In this document: piece by piece, positions 1-12,245 of the stretch
Layout: every line of letters starts with the position of its first letter
Position numbering within the stretch: the stretch's first letter is position 1
Assembly: GCF_009914755.1 (NCBI RefSeq)
Contig: NC_060928.1
From: the human T2T-CHM13v2.0 reference genome, Homo sapiens
Length of the DNA: 64,000 nucleotides
Direction: 5' to 3' (one strand)
Notes under the pieces: generated by a model
Database searches by the model: none
Told to the model about the DNA's origin: nothing
The model's input: only the letters and a program-made list of their open reading frames with translations
Translations under genes and position numbers: made by a program

Positions 1-1019
1 TTAGTAAGTAATGTTCATACCAAGCAAATTTTATGACTTATGAAGATTTCTGGAGGATTATTTGTTTTGAGCATAATTACCTCTGGAGAAGATGTAATTA
101 CCTCTGCTTTAAAAGATGCTATCAATATCGGGATCCTACTAGAAAACAGAAAATGTTCTAGGTCTTTCAAACAGTGAGGATGTAATAAAGGGGATTGGTT
201 AGATGTTGGAAGGCTGAAAGAACAGAAAGGTGATGCTGGATTAGTATTAGAAACTGTGAGAACTGCATGAAACAGCTATCATTTCTAAGGTAGGGTGATA
301 CATCAGGGCAGATGATTTGGTGTGACAGGAGCTGATGCCTGTGATAAGTACCTGTGAGTCTTACCACAAGTGGTGCTGGGTGTACCCAAGAAGCTGGAGG
401 CCAGAGATGCAGCGTCTCTTGCTACTGGATGAGGCTGCTACTAACCAGACAGCAGAAGGAGCCCTTTCTCCCCGCCTTCTGCCTTTCACACTCCCTCTAG
501 TGCCTCCAGTAGTCTAACTACAGCAATCCAAGGCAAGGTGCTCTGGGAAATATGGATTGCAGACTCCAGGCCTGGCATGTCTGGGAAGAAAACAGAAGAG
601 TAAGCAGAGAATGGCAGACAACAGGTAAATCACTAGCACAGGAGCTGAACTTGTTAGTGATAGCATTTATTTACATTTACTGTACTCTAGATATTTGCCT
701 GTAAAAATTTATTTAATTTTATAATCCTACAAGGCAGGTACATTATCTGTATTTTACAGATGAGGAAATGAACATAACCAAGGCATCCACAGCTAGTAGT
801 CAGTTGGAATAAAAATCATGAGTATAAATTTACTCATATATCACATATTCATAGTCCAATATTCCCTTCACTGTGCAAATAAACCCCACATGAATCTCCT
901 TTTATTATCTTTTCTGAGCTAATGTCATGACATAGATTTTCTTAATAATAGGTCTATGTGAACACAGAATCTTTTTAGATAGCTGGATGCCTTACTTACT
1001 GAACTAAATTATTATATTA

Positions 1020-1260
1020 ATGAAAAGACCGTACCCTGGAGCCAGACTGCGTAAGTATAGAGCGTTTCAGTTCTTACCAGCTGCATGTCTTTGCAAAATT
1101 GCATAACCTCTCTGTGCCTCAATTCCTTCATCTGTAAAATGGGGACAGTAAAAGTACCAATCTCATAAGGTATTTGTGAGGGCTAAGTGTGTTAATACCT
1201 GGAAAGTGCTTAGATGACTTCCTGCACTATATGATAGCCTTTGTTTATAATAATAATTAT
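1020..1260 (+). mobile_element. MIR SINE
   Basis: MIR core: CTGGAGCCAGACTGC...AACCTCTCTGTGCCTCAATTCCTTCATCTGTAAAATGGGGACAGTAA; boundaries approximate. Confidence 0.8.
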
Positions 1261-1468
1261 TATTAGAATTGGAACAATCTTTAAGGAGAAATGATTCCCC
1301 TCCCCCTATCACATTGTAAACATATACTATCAATTCAGCAAACAAATAATTTATGTTCCTTGATCAGGGGGTTGACCCTCTCTAGCTTTTTGGCCACCAG
1401 AGAGTAACCTACCACCTTTCCCAGCATGGCAAACTTACTTGAACAGTGGCTTAAAATTTCTCTGATCT

Positions 1469-2135
1469 TTGTGTTGACATGGATGTAGTGAAAAGGGAAC
1501 ACGTATATGCCACTGGTAGGAATGTAATTTAGCATAACCTCTGTGGAAAACAGTATAGGGATTTCTCAAAGAGCTGAAAGTGGATCTACCATTCAATTAA
1601 ACAATCCCACTACTGGGTATCTACTCAAAAGAAAAGAAGTCATTATATCAAAAAGATACCTGCGTGTGTATGTTTACTGTAGCACCATTCACAATAGCAA
1701 AGATATGAAATCAACCTAAATGCCTATCAACAGATGAGTGGATAAAGAAAGTGTGGTATATATACACCATGGAATACTACTGCCATGTAAAGAACAAAAT
1801 AACATCTTTTGCAGCAACTTGGATGGAACAGAAGGCCATTATTCCAAGTGAAGCAACTCAGGAATCAAAACTAGATACTGCATGTTCTCACTTATAAGCG
1901 GGAGTTAAGTTATGGGTACATGAAGGCATATAGAGTTGTATAACAGACATTGGAGACTCGGAAGCAGGGGTTGTGGAAGGAAGATGAGGGATAAAAAACT
2001 ACATATTGGGTATAATGTACACTACTCGGGTGACAGGTGCACTAAAATCCTAGACTTCTCCACTGTACAATTTATCCATGTAACCAAGAGTCACTTGTAC
2101 ACCTAAAGCTATTGGAATAAAAACATTTTAAAAAA
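1469..2135 (+). mobile_element. 5'-truncated L1 (L1PB-like) ORF2 end and 3'UTR
   Basis: L1 3' motifs (CAATCCCACTACTGGGTATCTAC, ATGGAATACTAC, CATGTTCTCACTTATAAG), A-rich tail; probable TSD AAAATTTCTCTGATCT (1453-1468) vs ATAATTCCTCTGATCT (2136-2151), 14/16. Confidence 0.85.
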
Positions 2136-2245
2136 ATAATTCCTCTGATCTCTGATTCAATTGGTGGCTTTCCCCTCTGAAAGACTGAAATGAAGATATT
2201 GTAATTTGAATATAACAAGTCACTCACCAAAACTGTGAGGGATTA

Positions 2246-2574
2246 CCTTTGCAGGGACATGGATGAAGCTGGAAACCATCATTCTCAGCAAACTAACACA
2301 AGAACAGAAAACCAAACACCACATATTCTCACTCATAAGTGGGAGTTGAACAATGAGAACACATGGACACAGGGAGGGGAACATCACACACTGGGGCCTG
2401 TCGGGGGGTGGGGGGCGGGGGGAGGGACAGCATTAGGAGAAATACCTAATGTAGATGACAGGTTGATGGGTGCAGCAAACCACCATGGCACATGTATACC
2501 TGTGTAACAAACCTGAACATTCTGCACATGTATCCCAGAACTTAAAGTATAATAAAAAATAATAATTAAAAAAA
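2246..2574 (+). mobile_element. L1PA7-like 3' end fragment
   Basis: CCTTTGCAGGGACATGGATGAAGCTGGAAACC...G-rich tract...CCCAGAACTTAAAGTATAAT plus A-rich tail. Confidence 0.9.
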
Positions 2575-4669
2575 GGTCAGACACCTAACCTGGCGGGTCT
2601 CAGCCATCTCTCCTCTCTTTGGCTGTTCTCCCTGGGTAAATCTCTCCATGAACATATAGGCCCTGCTGCCCAACTTTTCACGTTGAATGACTTTATGCAC
2701 CACTTGGATTCCACATGGCTGGGCACCTTGGCTGGTTCTTGAGTTGTCTTCATCTTGTCTCCACACTAGCAGCCACCAGCAATTTTCTCAAGTTATCTGG
2801 AAGCATAATCCTTTTTATTTTTTGAGAGAATGAGTGAATGAATGGGGATGGAAAGTCGTCCCAAAGGGAACTGAGTGGTATTCCTGGCTTTATGCCTCAG
2901 CTTTTCCCTCTGTCAATCTGCTTCCCAGCTTTTATTTATGAGACAAGAGGACTCAGAAGTGAAGCTAATAAACTCCTAATGAAATTGAGATAGGGTCCTA
3001 AACAGTACAGTTGATGTTTAACAGCAAACTAAACAAAGAGACAAGGGCAGGGGAGGGCCTTGTAAGGATTGTGTAGGTAGGTAGTGGGAAGAAACTGGCT
3101 TGTGTGAAAATAGTGACTGCGTTAGTATCTTCACTGGCCCCAAAGGGCCCATTTGGATGGGAATGAAATTTTGTTTCCAGCCCTTACACTTGGAGTGTAA
3201 CAGCAATGGGGTACATGTCCCACTCCCCCAACTCTCCATTCCTGGATGAGTAGTGCCTATGATCTGTTTCTCCTCCATGTCCAAAGCTTGCCAAATATGC
3301 CAAATACAGTACTTGGATGCCTTCAAATGATTAATAGATATCACTTGTAATTCACAGCCCTTGGCTTGTGAATTTTAAGATCCCTGTTGACTGCTTCACT
3401 CCACGAATGTTTATTGAAGCCCCACTGTACTCAAGATTTGTTTCTCACCGTGCTCTTTATCCCTGTCCTTGTCAGTCACCACAAGAAGCCCAGGCCTCCC
3501 ACGCCCTCCTAATCTTTACATCCTCTTTTGCGGGCAGTATGTGCCACAACTTTCAAACAATTTGTATGACTGTGCAGTTGTTCTGTTACTTAGAGCTCCT
3601 CTCCTCAACTTTGAGTTCTCAGTTTCCAAGAGCTGTGCTTCATTCTCTTGTGTCCCCACACCTGAGAGAGTGTTCAGCACTTAGTGAGTGTCCAATACGT
3701 GGTAGTAAACTAAAGATGTCTTTAGAATCTGCCATCAGTTGACTTTGGCAGGCATTTTATAAAATGAAATGTATTTTAGGAAATTGAGTAAGTGAATCCT
3801 AAGATTTTCTTTCTCTCAGTAGTAGCCCTCAGCATATCAAGGTGGACCGAATCTTAGAGGTGACACTAATGAAACTTGAACTGGGTGCTGGAACTTAGTG
3901 GGGAGCATGATGATGAAAACGAAGCTGTGGCCGAAGCTTTGGACTGGCAGTCATCCTACCCCTGGGTGTTCTTTGAGCTTGGCTAACTGTATAAAATCTC
4001 CAGGCTCTAGGCTTCAGGAAGTGTCACAATTTGATTTGCTTGCTCTGAGCTAGGTTCACTATTACATTTTAAGTTAGACTAAGAAAAGCACAAACATAAT
4101 CAGATAAGAAATAGAAATAATGAACTTATATTCATTATATCTAGAGACCTTAGTGCAACCTTTTTTGTTTTACAAGTTGTTTATATTTGGATCTGCTGTT
4201 ATCATAAGTTAAATTTTATGTCAATATTGTAAACATAACTTAGATTCAAATTAAGTAATGCTTCACTTTGTTTCAGAAGGAATTGGAGGTGAACACTTAC
4301 ATAAATTTATTCTAATGACACAAAAATTATTAAACAACAAAAAGTGAAAAGAGATGAAGAGAGCAGTTGTTATTTTACATTGCAATCCTGATATGACTCA
4401 GTACTATTCATAATAACCAGTCTTGTACTGATTATAATGGAACCTCAAAATAGAGTTGTTCTACTTTCTAGAGATAAAACAAAGAGCCACACTATTGAAA
4501 TCTGCCAAGCTGCCCACAGTGACCATCTGACCAGAGACACGTATCCCTTCAACCAAGAAGTCTAGCATCTGTCACGATATTCACTTACCAACAGCACTGA
4601 CAACAGCCTGAAACCAGTAATGAGAGAAAACTAATAATATCTAGAGACACCATCTGTTCAGCATTTTCT

Positions 4670-5070
4670 AGGGTGCACTTACTAGCTCTATCACCTTGGC
4701 CAAGAGCCTTAACCTCTCTGTTCCTCAGTTTCCTCACATGTAAATTGTAACTAATGACCGAAACTACTTCATAGGATTGCTGTGACAATGAAATGGGTTA
4801 ATATATGTAAACAATTTAGTGCCTGGGATGTAGTAAATAACATTTAAGTGTCTACTATAGTTATTACTGAGTGCCAACAAATAGCTTCTGTAATTTACTT
4901 ATGCTATCTAATTTAACTTTATCATCTTAATAACCTTCTTGTAAGTACATTTCTGCATTTTTACAGATAAGGAATCTGAGGCTCAGAGAGATTAAATAAT
5001 TGGCCTAAGATTTCACAGCTAGTAAGATGCAGATCTGGGATTTGAAGCTAGGTTTTTCTAACACTTAACC
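4670..5070. mobile_element. Two adjacent MIRs in opposite orientation (+ about 4670-4868, - about 4870-5070)
   Basis: CCTCTCTGTTCCTCAGTTTCCTCACATGTAAA on +; TTTTACAGATAAGGAATCTGAGGCTCAGAGAGATTAAATAA is the reverse-complement core. Confidence 0.75.
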
Positions 5071-5439
5071 TCCATGACGTGCTGTCAACAGACGACATCT
5101 CCAATTCTCTTGGGAACTGTTGTGCTCCTAGAGTGGGTATTGAACTTCAAGAATAATAACGAGGAGGACTATTTCCATATCTCCACATTTCAACCAAGCA
5201 TCTTCAGTCTGACATCCTTCCTTCCCTAGCTTCAACTTTATTACATGCTACAACTTTCCAAGCACTTTGTGCCCCAAGCCACAAAATAGTCCTAATTATT
5301 ATTATTTATTTTCTCATTTATTCCCACAAAAAGAATAAAATAAACAATATAATTTCTGCTTCATAAATTATTAAAGTGAAGTTCCTAGAACTTAAGTTCA
5401 AGATTGTATACATAGTAACAAAACAAAAAGTAGGTACTT

Positions 5440-6350
5440 ATTCCACAAGTACCTACTTTGTATCTACCAGGTGCCAGGGTTACAGTGGTAAAATATTCAA
5501 TTCTTGCCCTCAAGGAGCTCACCAACCAGTGTAAGATGAAAGAGGAAGCAATCACAGAAGAGTGTGGTTAATGCTATGATGAAGATGTGCACAGAGTGCT
5601 ACGGGGCACATTTAACAAAGTGACAAAGTGGTGGCGGGAAGAAAAAAATGTGCTCAGGGAAGGTTTCTGGGGCAATGATACCAGAACTGAACCTTCACAA
5701 AGGAGTAAACCAAGTGGATAACTGAAAAAAAGTCTTCAAAGCCCAGGAATGTCCATAACGAAAAGACTGGACACCTGAAGAAATGGGGTAGCTGGAATAA
5801 GTTCACTAGGGCTGGAGTTGAGAGTAGAATAGTGTTGAATAATGACAGGGCTTTGACTATGAAGGGCCTTGTATGCCACACTAAGTAACTTGAACTTTGT
5901 GATAGAGATGGTAAGAATTTGTTGAACACATTAAGCAGCAAATGTATGAGGTAAGATTGGCGATGAGTATGACAGATCACTTAGGAGTGTAGGTAAATAA
6001 AAGACCAAAGCACTGGTAGTGGCCCTGGAGGAGGAAAAACCTAAATCTATTAAGGAGTAGAGTGGCCAGGATGTAGGAATTGGCAGTGGGTATGGTCAGC
6101 AGTGGAAAAGAATGAATCTAAGCTGACTCCCACATTTTGGCCAGACAACTGGGTAGTCAGTAATGATTTTGCTAAGATAGATAATATAAAAAGAGGAGCA
6201 GATTTTAAATGAAAAAGAGACACTTCGGTTGGAGACACCTTGAGTTTAAGAAATTTATGAGACCTGTGGGTATGTCCCTTGAACTGGTTTGGAGTTAGGA
6301 AGAGGATAGGGTACTGGGAAAAGTATGATTTCTTAGCTGAAATCACAGGT
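5440..6350 (-). mobile_element. L2 LINE fragment
   Basis: Typical antisense L2 text (TACCTACTTTGTATCTACCAGGTGCC...TTCTTGCCCTCAAGGAGCTC; GAAGGGCCTTGTATGCCACACTAAG); boundaries approximate. Confidence 0.65.
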
Positions 6351-6642
6351 GAAGACGCAGTTACAGAAATAAAGTTAGCCAGGACTTAAATGCAGGTTGA
6401 TCGAACTCCAGAGCCTATACTGTTTCTATGGCCCATATTGTCACTTTCCAAGGATAACATCTACTTATAATTGTGTTTGCAATGCATTCTCTCTTCGATA
6501 CTGTGTCCTGAGATCCTTGCTGCTGTTCAAATCTCGGTTCAAGTCTTACATCTTGTACAGGGCCTCTCAGACCATTACAGTCAGCATTCATTTTCATGCT
6601 CATTTCTTCCACTGCCTGTTTTTACTCCTCTAATATAACACT

Positions 6643-7245
6643 TAGAATCTCAGAGACCTCAAAGGAGCCATTTAGCCGAAGCCTCACTGTTGTATGAACC
6701 ACTTTTTCAACAACCTCCATGAGTAATCTTGCAGCCTTTCCTTTAGCAATTCTCCAAGCAAGCAGTTCACACTTTCCAGAGGCAGCACATTCCAATTAAA
6801 GACAGCCTCAATTGCTGGAAAATTCTTATATTCTCCAGAGCTCTCCGATATACCTTCCATTTACAGATACTGGATTTGCTTGGTGGAATCTAGTCCCTCT
6901 TTACATAATAGCTCTTTAGCTCTTTAGAGATAACTGGCTTGTGCCACTTTATCCCCACTTCCCAGGGCTAACCATCCTCAGTTCTTGAAGCTACTTTTCA
7001 GGACATGTTTAGTTAGTTTCCTCCTTTTATTTTTATTTCAAGGTATTCCAGCTTGTCTACAGCCCTCTTAATATGTGATATCAGAGCTCACCCCAATAAT
7101 ACAGGTATGATTTAACCACCACCAAGTAGAGCAAAACCATGCCCTTCAATTATACTAAAAATTTTCAGTACTTTTGATATAACCTAAGATTTTATAGATA
7201 TTCTCATGATCCTTATCTATTGACTTATATCGAATTCACAGTAAT
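6643..7245 (-). mobile_element. L3/CR1 LINE 3' fragment
   Basis: TAGAATCTCAGAG...TTCACACTTTCCAGAGGCAGCACATTCCA...CCAGGGCTAACCATCCTCAGTTC resembles the antisense L3 3' region. Confidence 0.65.
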
Positions 7246-9949
7246 TTCTGGTTATAGTTGCTTTGAATCATAGTTATTTGTTAATGTGCCCCTGCCTTTC
7301 ATTTGATTATTAGTCTTTAGATTTATCCAAAAACATGTATTATATATCTTTGTAATTACTTTGCTCAGCATAACACTTACATGTATTTGAAGCTTAATAA
7401 ATGCTGAACCTTCAAATTGGCATAGTTTGGAGTGATTTTCTAAACTACATATTTTTTAAAAGTCACAGCAAAAACACCACCACCATTTTGTCTCTTTTAT
7501 TGAGTAATGAAACTTTTTTGCTTGCTTGAGTTATTACCAAAAAAGGATTTATTGAAACAATGCTCTACTGAAAGAAGATGAATTTTAAATCTGAGTTACA
7601 GACACTGAGTGAAAAGGAGAATGAATTTTCTTTATGACAAAATGGAATTTATGCATATGCTTTTTCAGAAACATGTCTGAACTCAGCTTTGTTCTCGCTG
7701 AGTCCCTAAGAACTCTGTCTCTGCATTTTTCTATAATTAGTTTCTAAGTCAGCTGAGAATACACTCCTCCCGTCTGTCTTCCTAGAAAGGCTCTTCTTAA
7801 TACAATGTTGAGGATTAATGCAAAGTGACCCGGTTCTGGTTTTCCAAGAGTAAAAAGATTGGATGTTCAAGAGGGACGTATGTGCCAAAATAATTTTGGG
7901 GAAAAAACAGTCAAGTAAAAGAAATATATTTGACTAATCCATGATTATTTAAACATGAATTTAGCTGTTTGCATGCATCCAAATGGTAGATGAAGAACAA
8001 CACCTTGTGTCTGTCTGCAGTCAAGAACCCTAAAATCTCGATGTCAGAAAAAGTCACAATAGGCCTTCAAATCCAACATTTTAATAAATAACTCTCTTCC
8101 GAACATATTTAACCATGGTGAGAGCTGGCCTCTGAGAAATGGCAGCACTTAGGGCTGCATTAGGTAAGTGTTCTTTTTGGTCTCTCCTACTTCTAGATTG
8201 AGATTCCTACTTAGCCATTTTAGATTTAAGAGATCATTTTTAAGGCTGTATCCCAGCCTGGTGGTGCAGTAGGGAATCATTCCCATTTTTTCTGCTGTCA
8301 CTCTTTATATATGGTTTTTCTCAGAACAAATGATTTGTCATTCACAGTGAAGAGAGACCTTTTTCAGTCTGGTGTGATGAAGGCCTCCCTACATCACATC
8401 AAGGTGTCCACGATTAACCTCTTTATTATTTTTAGGGGCATAGCCCATTAGAGCCCAAGATGCGGCTTTGGGAGAGATGGGTATTAGAATATTGATAATC
8501 TCCAAGAGCAGACCAATTCTCTTCCAGTTACTATAAGTAAATACACAATCTAAATTCAACAGCACATGTGCTATGTAATTCTTGCAGCATCTTGAAACAG
8601 ATTGCTTCTCATAAGCCCTTTCTCTGTAGAAATTCTGGAGTCTTCACTAAACAAAGGGTAATTTCATTTACAGGTACAAAAGGCACGTTCATTAATGTTG
8701 CAAGGTTAGTTGACAATTGAATCAAGTCTTAATGTAGTTGGAAGACTGTAGATTGAAACCATTTAATTCACTGAGACTTCTTGGCCTGTCTCAAACATCT
8801 TTTCTAAAAAGTCCTTCATTAACAATAGCTTCCACTGGCATTCCAGGTTGTCTCCATGATGCATAAGTGATCACAGCTGAAGTTGTGCTGTTTCAAAGAT
8901 TAGAGAGGAAATAAACATTTGTTGAACATCCCCTATTTTGCTGCAGAGTATATGAAGCTTACAGTAGGTTCTTCACATACGTGATCTCAATTCTCTACAG
9001 ATCACTTTCCCTCTGAATGCATATAAACCCACACATTCCTGAAAGAGTTGTCACAAATGACCCTGCAAATCTTTAAGTACAAAAATTTTGAGCTAACTCT
9101 AATGTCTTTGTGTGGGCTTTAGTGCCACTGTTACTTTTAGTGGTCTTAGCATCATTTAAAAAAAATGAATTTAGTAGTTATTTGCTTATGGCACCTCAAT
9201 AGTAGCTGTCTCAAGATCCCTTGCTCATAGGACGCTAGAAACCAACGGAGAAGATGAGGAGAAATGTATTATTAATTAAAAGTAGAGATAAATAGCAGTA
9301 GAATTATGCACATGCTTCATGAAGTCATTTAGCACATATTAAGTATGTGTGTGTCTGGCACAGGGGGAACAGTGGTTTAAAACAAATTCGGTTTCTACCT
9401 TTACGAAGTTTACAACAAAATGTGAAGGAATGATCATTAAAAAGAAAATAAAAGAGATCTGATTTCCAATCCTAGCTTTGTCTCTCACTACCTTGGGCAA
9501 GTTGTTTAGTTTCTCTGGGCCTTAACTTTGCGTCTACAAAATGAATAAACTGGACTATACTAGGTCTCCATTGATTTGTAGTTCTGTAGATTTTATTTGT
9601 TGCCTTATGAAAAAATATTTTGCCTGTCTTATATTAAGTACCTTCCAGTTCTATGACTCCTTGACTTCATGAGGCCTATGCTGAAATATCTTTCTAGTGA
9701 GAAACAGTTATCAATTATGGTTCATGTTTATCTCCCTTTTGGGAATCTCTGTAAGAAAGTTTATGACTCTGGCAATTAGAATAGCTCATACCCAATCAGC
9801 TTCCATGGAAGTCCATTATTTTTTATTCAGCATTACATTTTAGCATTGTTATATATGACTCCAGTTGACTTTAATTAAATAACTATATTCCTTAACCAGC
9901 CAATTAAAAATAATTTTGAGTATAAAATGTTCATGATTCAGAATACTAT

Positions 9950-10600
9950 ACGTACCTATTCTATTACTGTATGTCCTTTTTATCTGACATCCTCCTTATT
10001 GTACATATAAATAATTGGATCTTGTCCAATCTTGTAATATGATTAAGTTTAATACATTTTTTATGGGATTTCCTTAATAAGTGTTCTGTTTCCTTTGAGT
10101 TACTAAATAATTCAAATGTACATTTTGAATTCTGGAACCATTTTTTATATTTTTCACTTTCCCATTTCCTTCTGTTTGTTTTCAATTTCCTCTCTTAGCC
10201 TTCACAATTGTTGACAACAATGGTCTGTAGTTTAGCAACTTCGTTATGTGCTCCCCTCTGTACCCCAGGAGACATGTTTCCCAGTCACCCTGATTTATTC
10301 TGATTTTCCAAGCATGTTTTACCTGCCATATATTAACAGCTATTTTCACAAGGTCTTCATTACTTCCTAATTCTGCAAATTCCATTTCCTTATTTATCTT
10401 GCCAAAGTTGAGAAAGGAGTTCATTATCTCAGCTGTTTTAGAGTCATTATTAATTTCACTTCTTTCCTTATTTGTTAATGGCTCTACATATGCTCAAATA
10501 TTTCTTTTCGCTGATAGTTGTAAAATACCTTCTTACTCCCTTTAATGTATTTGGCCAGCATTAGCTCATTATTCCTTTTTGGCTGTCCTTTCCATTCTAT
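9950..10600 (-). mobile_element. Ancient CR1/L3-type LINE ORF2 fossil
   Basis: Minus-strand frameshifted translation ELMLAKYIKGSKKVFYNY...VEPLTNKE...KTAEIMNSF...NYRP resembles the CR1 ORF2 segment leading into the RT domain; boundaries approximate. Confidence 0.55.
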
Positions 10601-10886
10601 TCCTGGGAGTCCTGATAGATTTTTGTATCCTTTAGAGGCAGGGTGGGGGGCAGGGACAGATAAGGTTTGTGGGCCCCCTTATGAAAAAAAAATGATAAAT
10701 TTCAATATAAATATGAATATTTATTACAGGGCAGAGCTACAAAATACTATAAATATCACACAATCTGGAAAAATAATGCTTGTTTAGTTAATTATCAGAA
10801 AAACCTCTCTAATACTTTCTTTCCTGTATTTTTCTGGCTACAGAATCATTAATCATCTTTTCACACACTAATGATTTTGGAATATA

Positions 10887-11371
10887 TAGAGCTGCGAGAT
10901 TTAGCAAATAAAAATACAGATGTTCAGTCCAATTTGAATTTTAGATCAACAATGAATAATTTTTTAGTATATGTCCTACGCTATATTTGAAAATACTACA
11001 CTAAAAATTTGTTATAGTGCAAGTTTTCTTATATGTGAAAGCTAAAAATATTGAACACATAGAAGCAGACAGCAGGATGATGGTTACCAGACACTGCAGC
11101 GTGAGAGGAACAGGGAAATATTGGTTAAAGGGTGCGACGTTTCCGTTGGACAGTAGGAATAAATAATAGGTATTTGAGTTGATGGATATGTTAGCTTGTT
11201 CAATTATTTTGCATTGTATATGTGTATCATAGCATCACTTTGTACTCTATAAATAGATATAATTATAACATATATCTAATAAAAATTAATGAATTAATTT
11301 AAAAAATGTATTTGCTGTTTATCCAAAATTCGAATTTAATCAGGTATGCTGTATTTTATCTGGCAACCCTA
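10887..11371. mobile_element. MER53 palindromic MITE split by an L1 fragment
   Basis: Left arm TAGAGCTGCGAGATTTAGCAAATAAAAATACAG..., right arm ...CTGTATTTTATCTGGCAACCCTA; 8-bp flanks GGAATATA / GTAATATT. Confidence 0.8.
11010..11300 (+). mobile_element. L1MA-like 3'UTR fragment
   Basis: CTTATATGTGAAAGCTAAAAA...GATGGTTACCAGA...TTGGTTAAAGGGTGC...GATGGATATGTTAGC...A-rich end. Confidence 0.75.
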
Positions 11372-12044
11372 GTAATATTTATACAAAAGAATAGAAAAAA
11401 TACTTTCATTTATCCTTTGGAATGGTCAGAGAATTTTTAATTTGCTGGTATTTACAAGAGTTTCTGCAACCTCATAACTTGTTATTGGTTATATCATGCA
11501 AACCTTTAGGAATGTCAAATTTGGGGAAATCTCTACCAAGATTCTTTCATGTATGAGCTATAATATTTGGAAGAATTTCTCCAAAGCTAGCTTCTAGCTT
11601 TGTTTATATTAAACATCATCTCTCCTCCCACAGCCACACCTTTCTGGTGCTGACACCATGAGACATATCCATATGGCAATGTGAAATTTGGCCCTGCTCC
11701 TAATGTTTCTGTGATTGTGGACCCCATTGAATCCACGCCAAAAGTATTCCTAACTTATCTTCCTCTTAGTTTGATCCCAAAATGTGCATAGTCCTTTCAG
11801 TGCTATTGACTGGGGAGGAAGAGGGAATAGAAAGAGCCAGTGGTCTTGATTAACTGTGGTTAAAAGGTCTTAGGAGTGCAAATTTAACAAATCATACTAC
11901 TGTGAGAGTGTGGAGCTCAGGCCTTTTCTTTGGGTTTGAAAGGGGATTTGGGTAAGTGAGGTGTCCTAAAACTTAAACTTCATTAGATTCAGGGTCTATC
12001 TGCCTCTGGCAGTAAGGAGTGTATGTGTGTGTGGCAAGGGAGGC

Positions 12045-12245
12045 AGCCTTATTCTCTTCTTTCTTCTTTCCAGTATAGGACATTCTCAGTTTTCATCTGC
12101 TCATTCTCTCCTTCCTTTTGGTCTCCTCTCTCCCTCCCCTTTTCTTTCTCCCTCCTCTTCCTCTCATCTGCTTATTCTCTTCTTCCTTTCTCTCTTTCTC
12201 TCCCTCTTTACTTTCTCCCTCCCCTCCCCATCTGCCCTGTCTCTT
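12045..12245. repeat. CT-rich low-complexity polypyrimidine tract
   Basis: About 200 bp of nearly pure C/T on the + strand. Confidence 0.85.

Larger units (their letters stand above)
10633..12008 (-). mobile_element. hAT-Tip100 DNA transposon, Arthur1/MER69-like (interrupted)
   Basis: Reverse complement of the right end reads CAGAGGCAGATAGACCCTGAATCTAATGAAGTTTAAGTTTTAGGACACCTCACTT, similar to the Arthur1 terminus; termini TAGAGGCAG / CTGCCTCTG are inverted repeats. Confidence 0.55.

Noticed and set aside
3018-3742. 108-aa and 124-aa ORFs
   Set aside because: Non-ATG starts, no recognisable domain; lengths expected by chance in 64 kb.
3905-3980. Possible C/D box snoRNA (ATGATGA)
   Set aside because: No properly placed CTGA D box or terminal stem.
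8155-8170. Consensus splice donor AG|GTAAGT (similar CAG|GTGAGT at 16978-16986)
   Set aside because: No convincing paired acceptor or coding frame; isolated donors are common. A non-coding exon cannot be excluded without RNA data.
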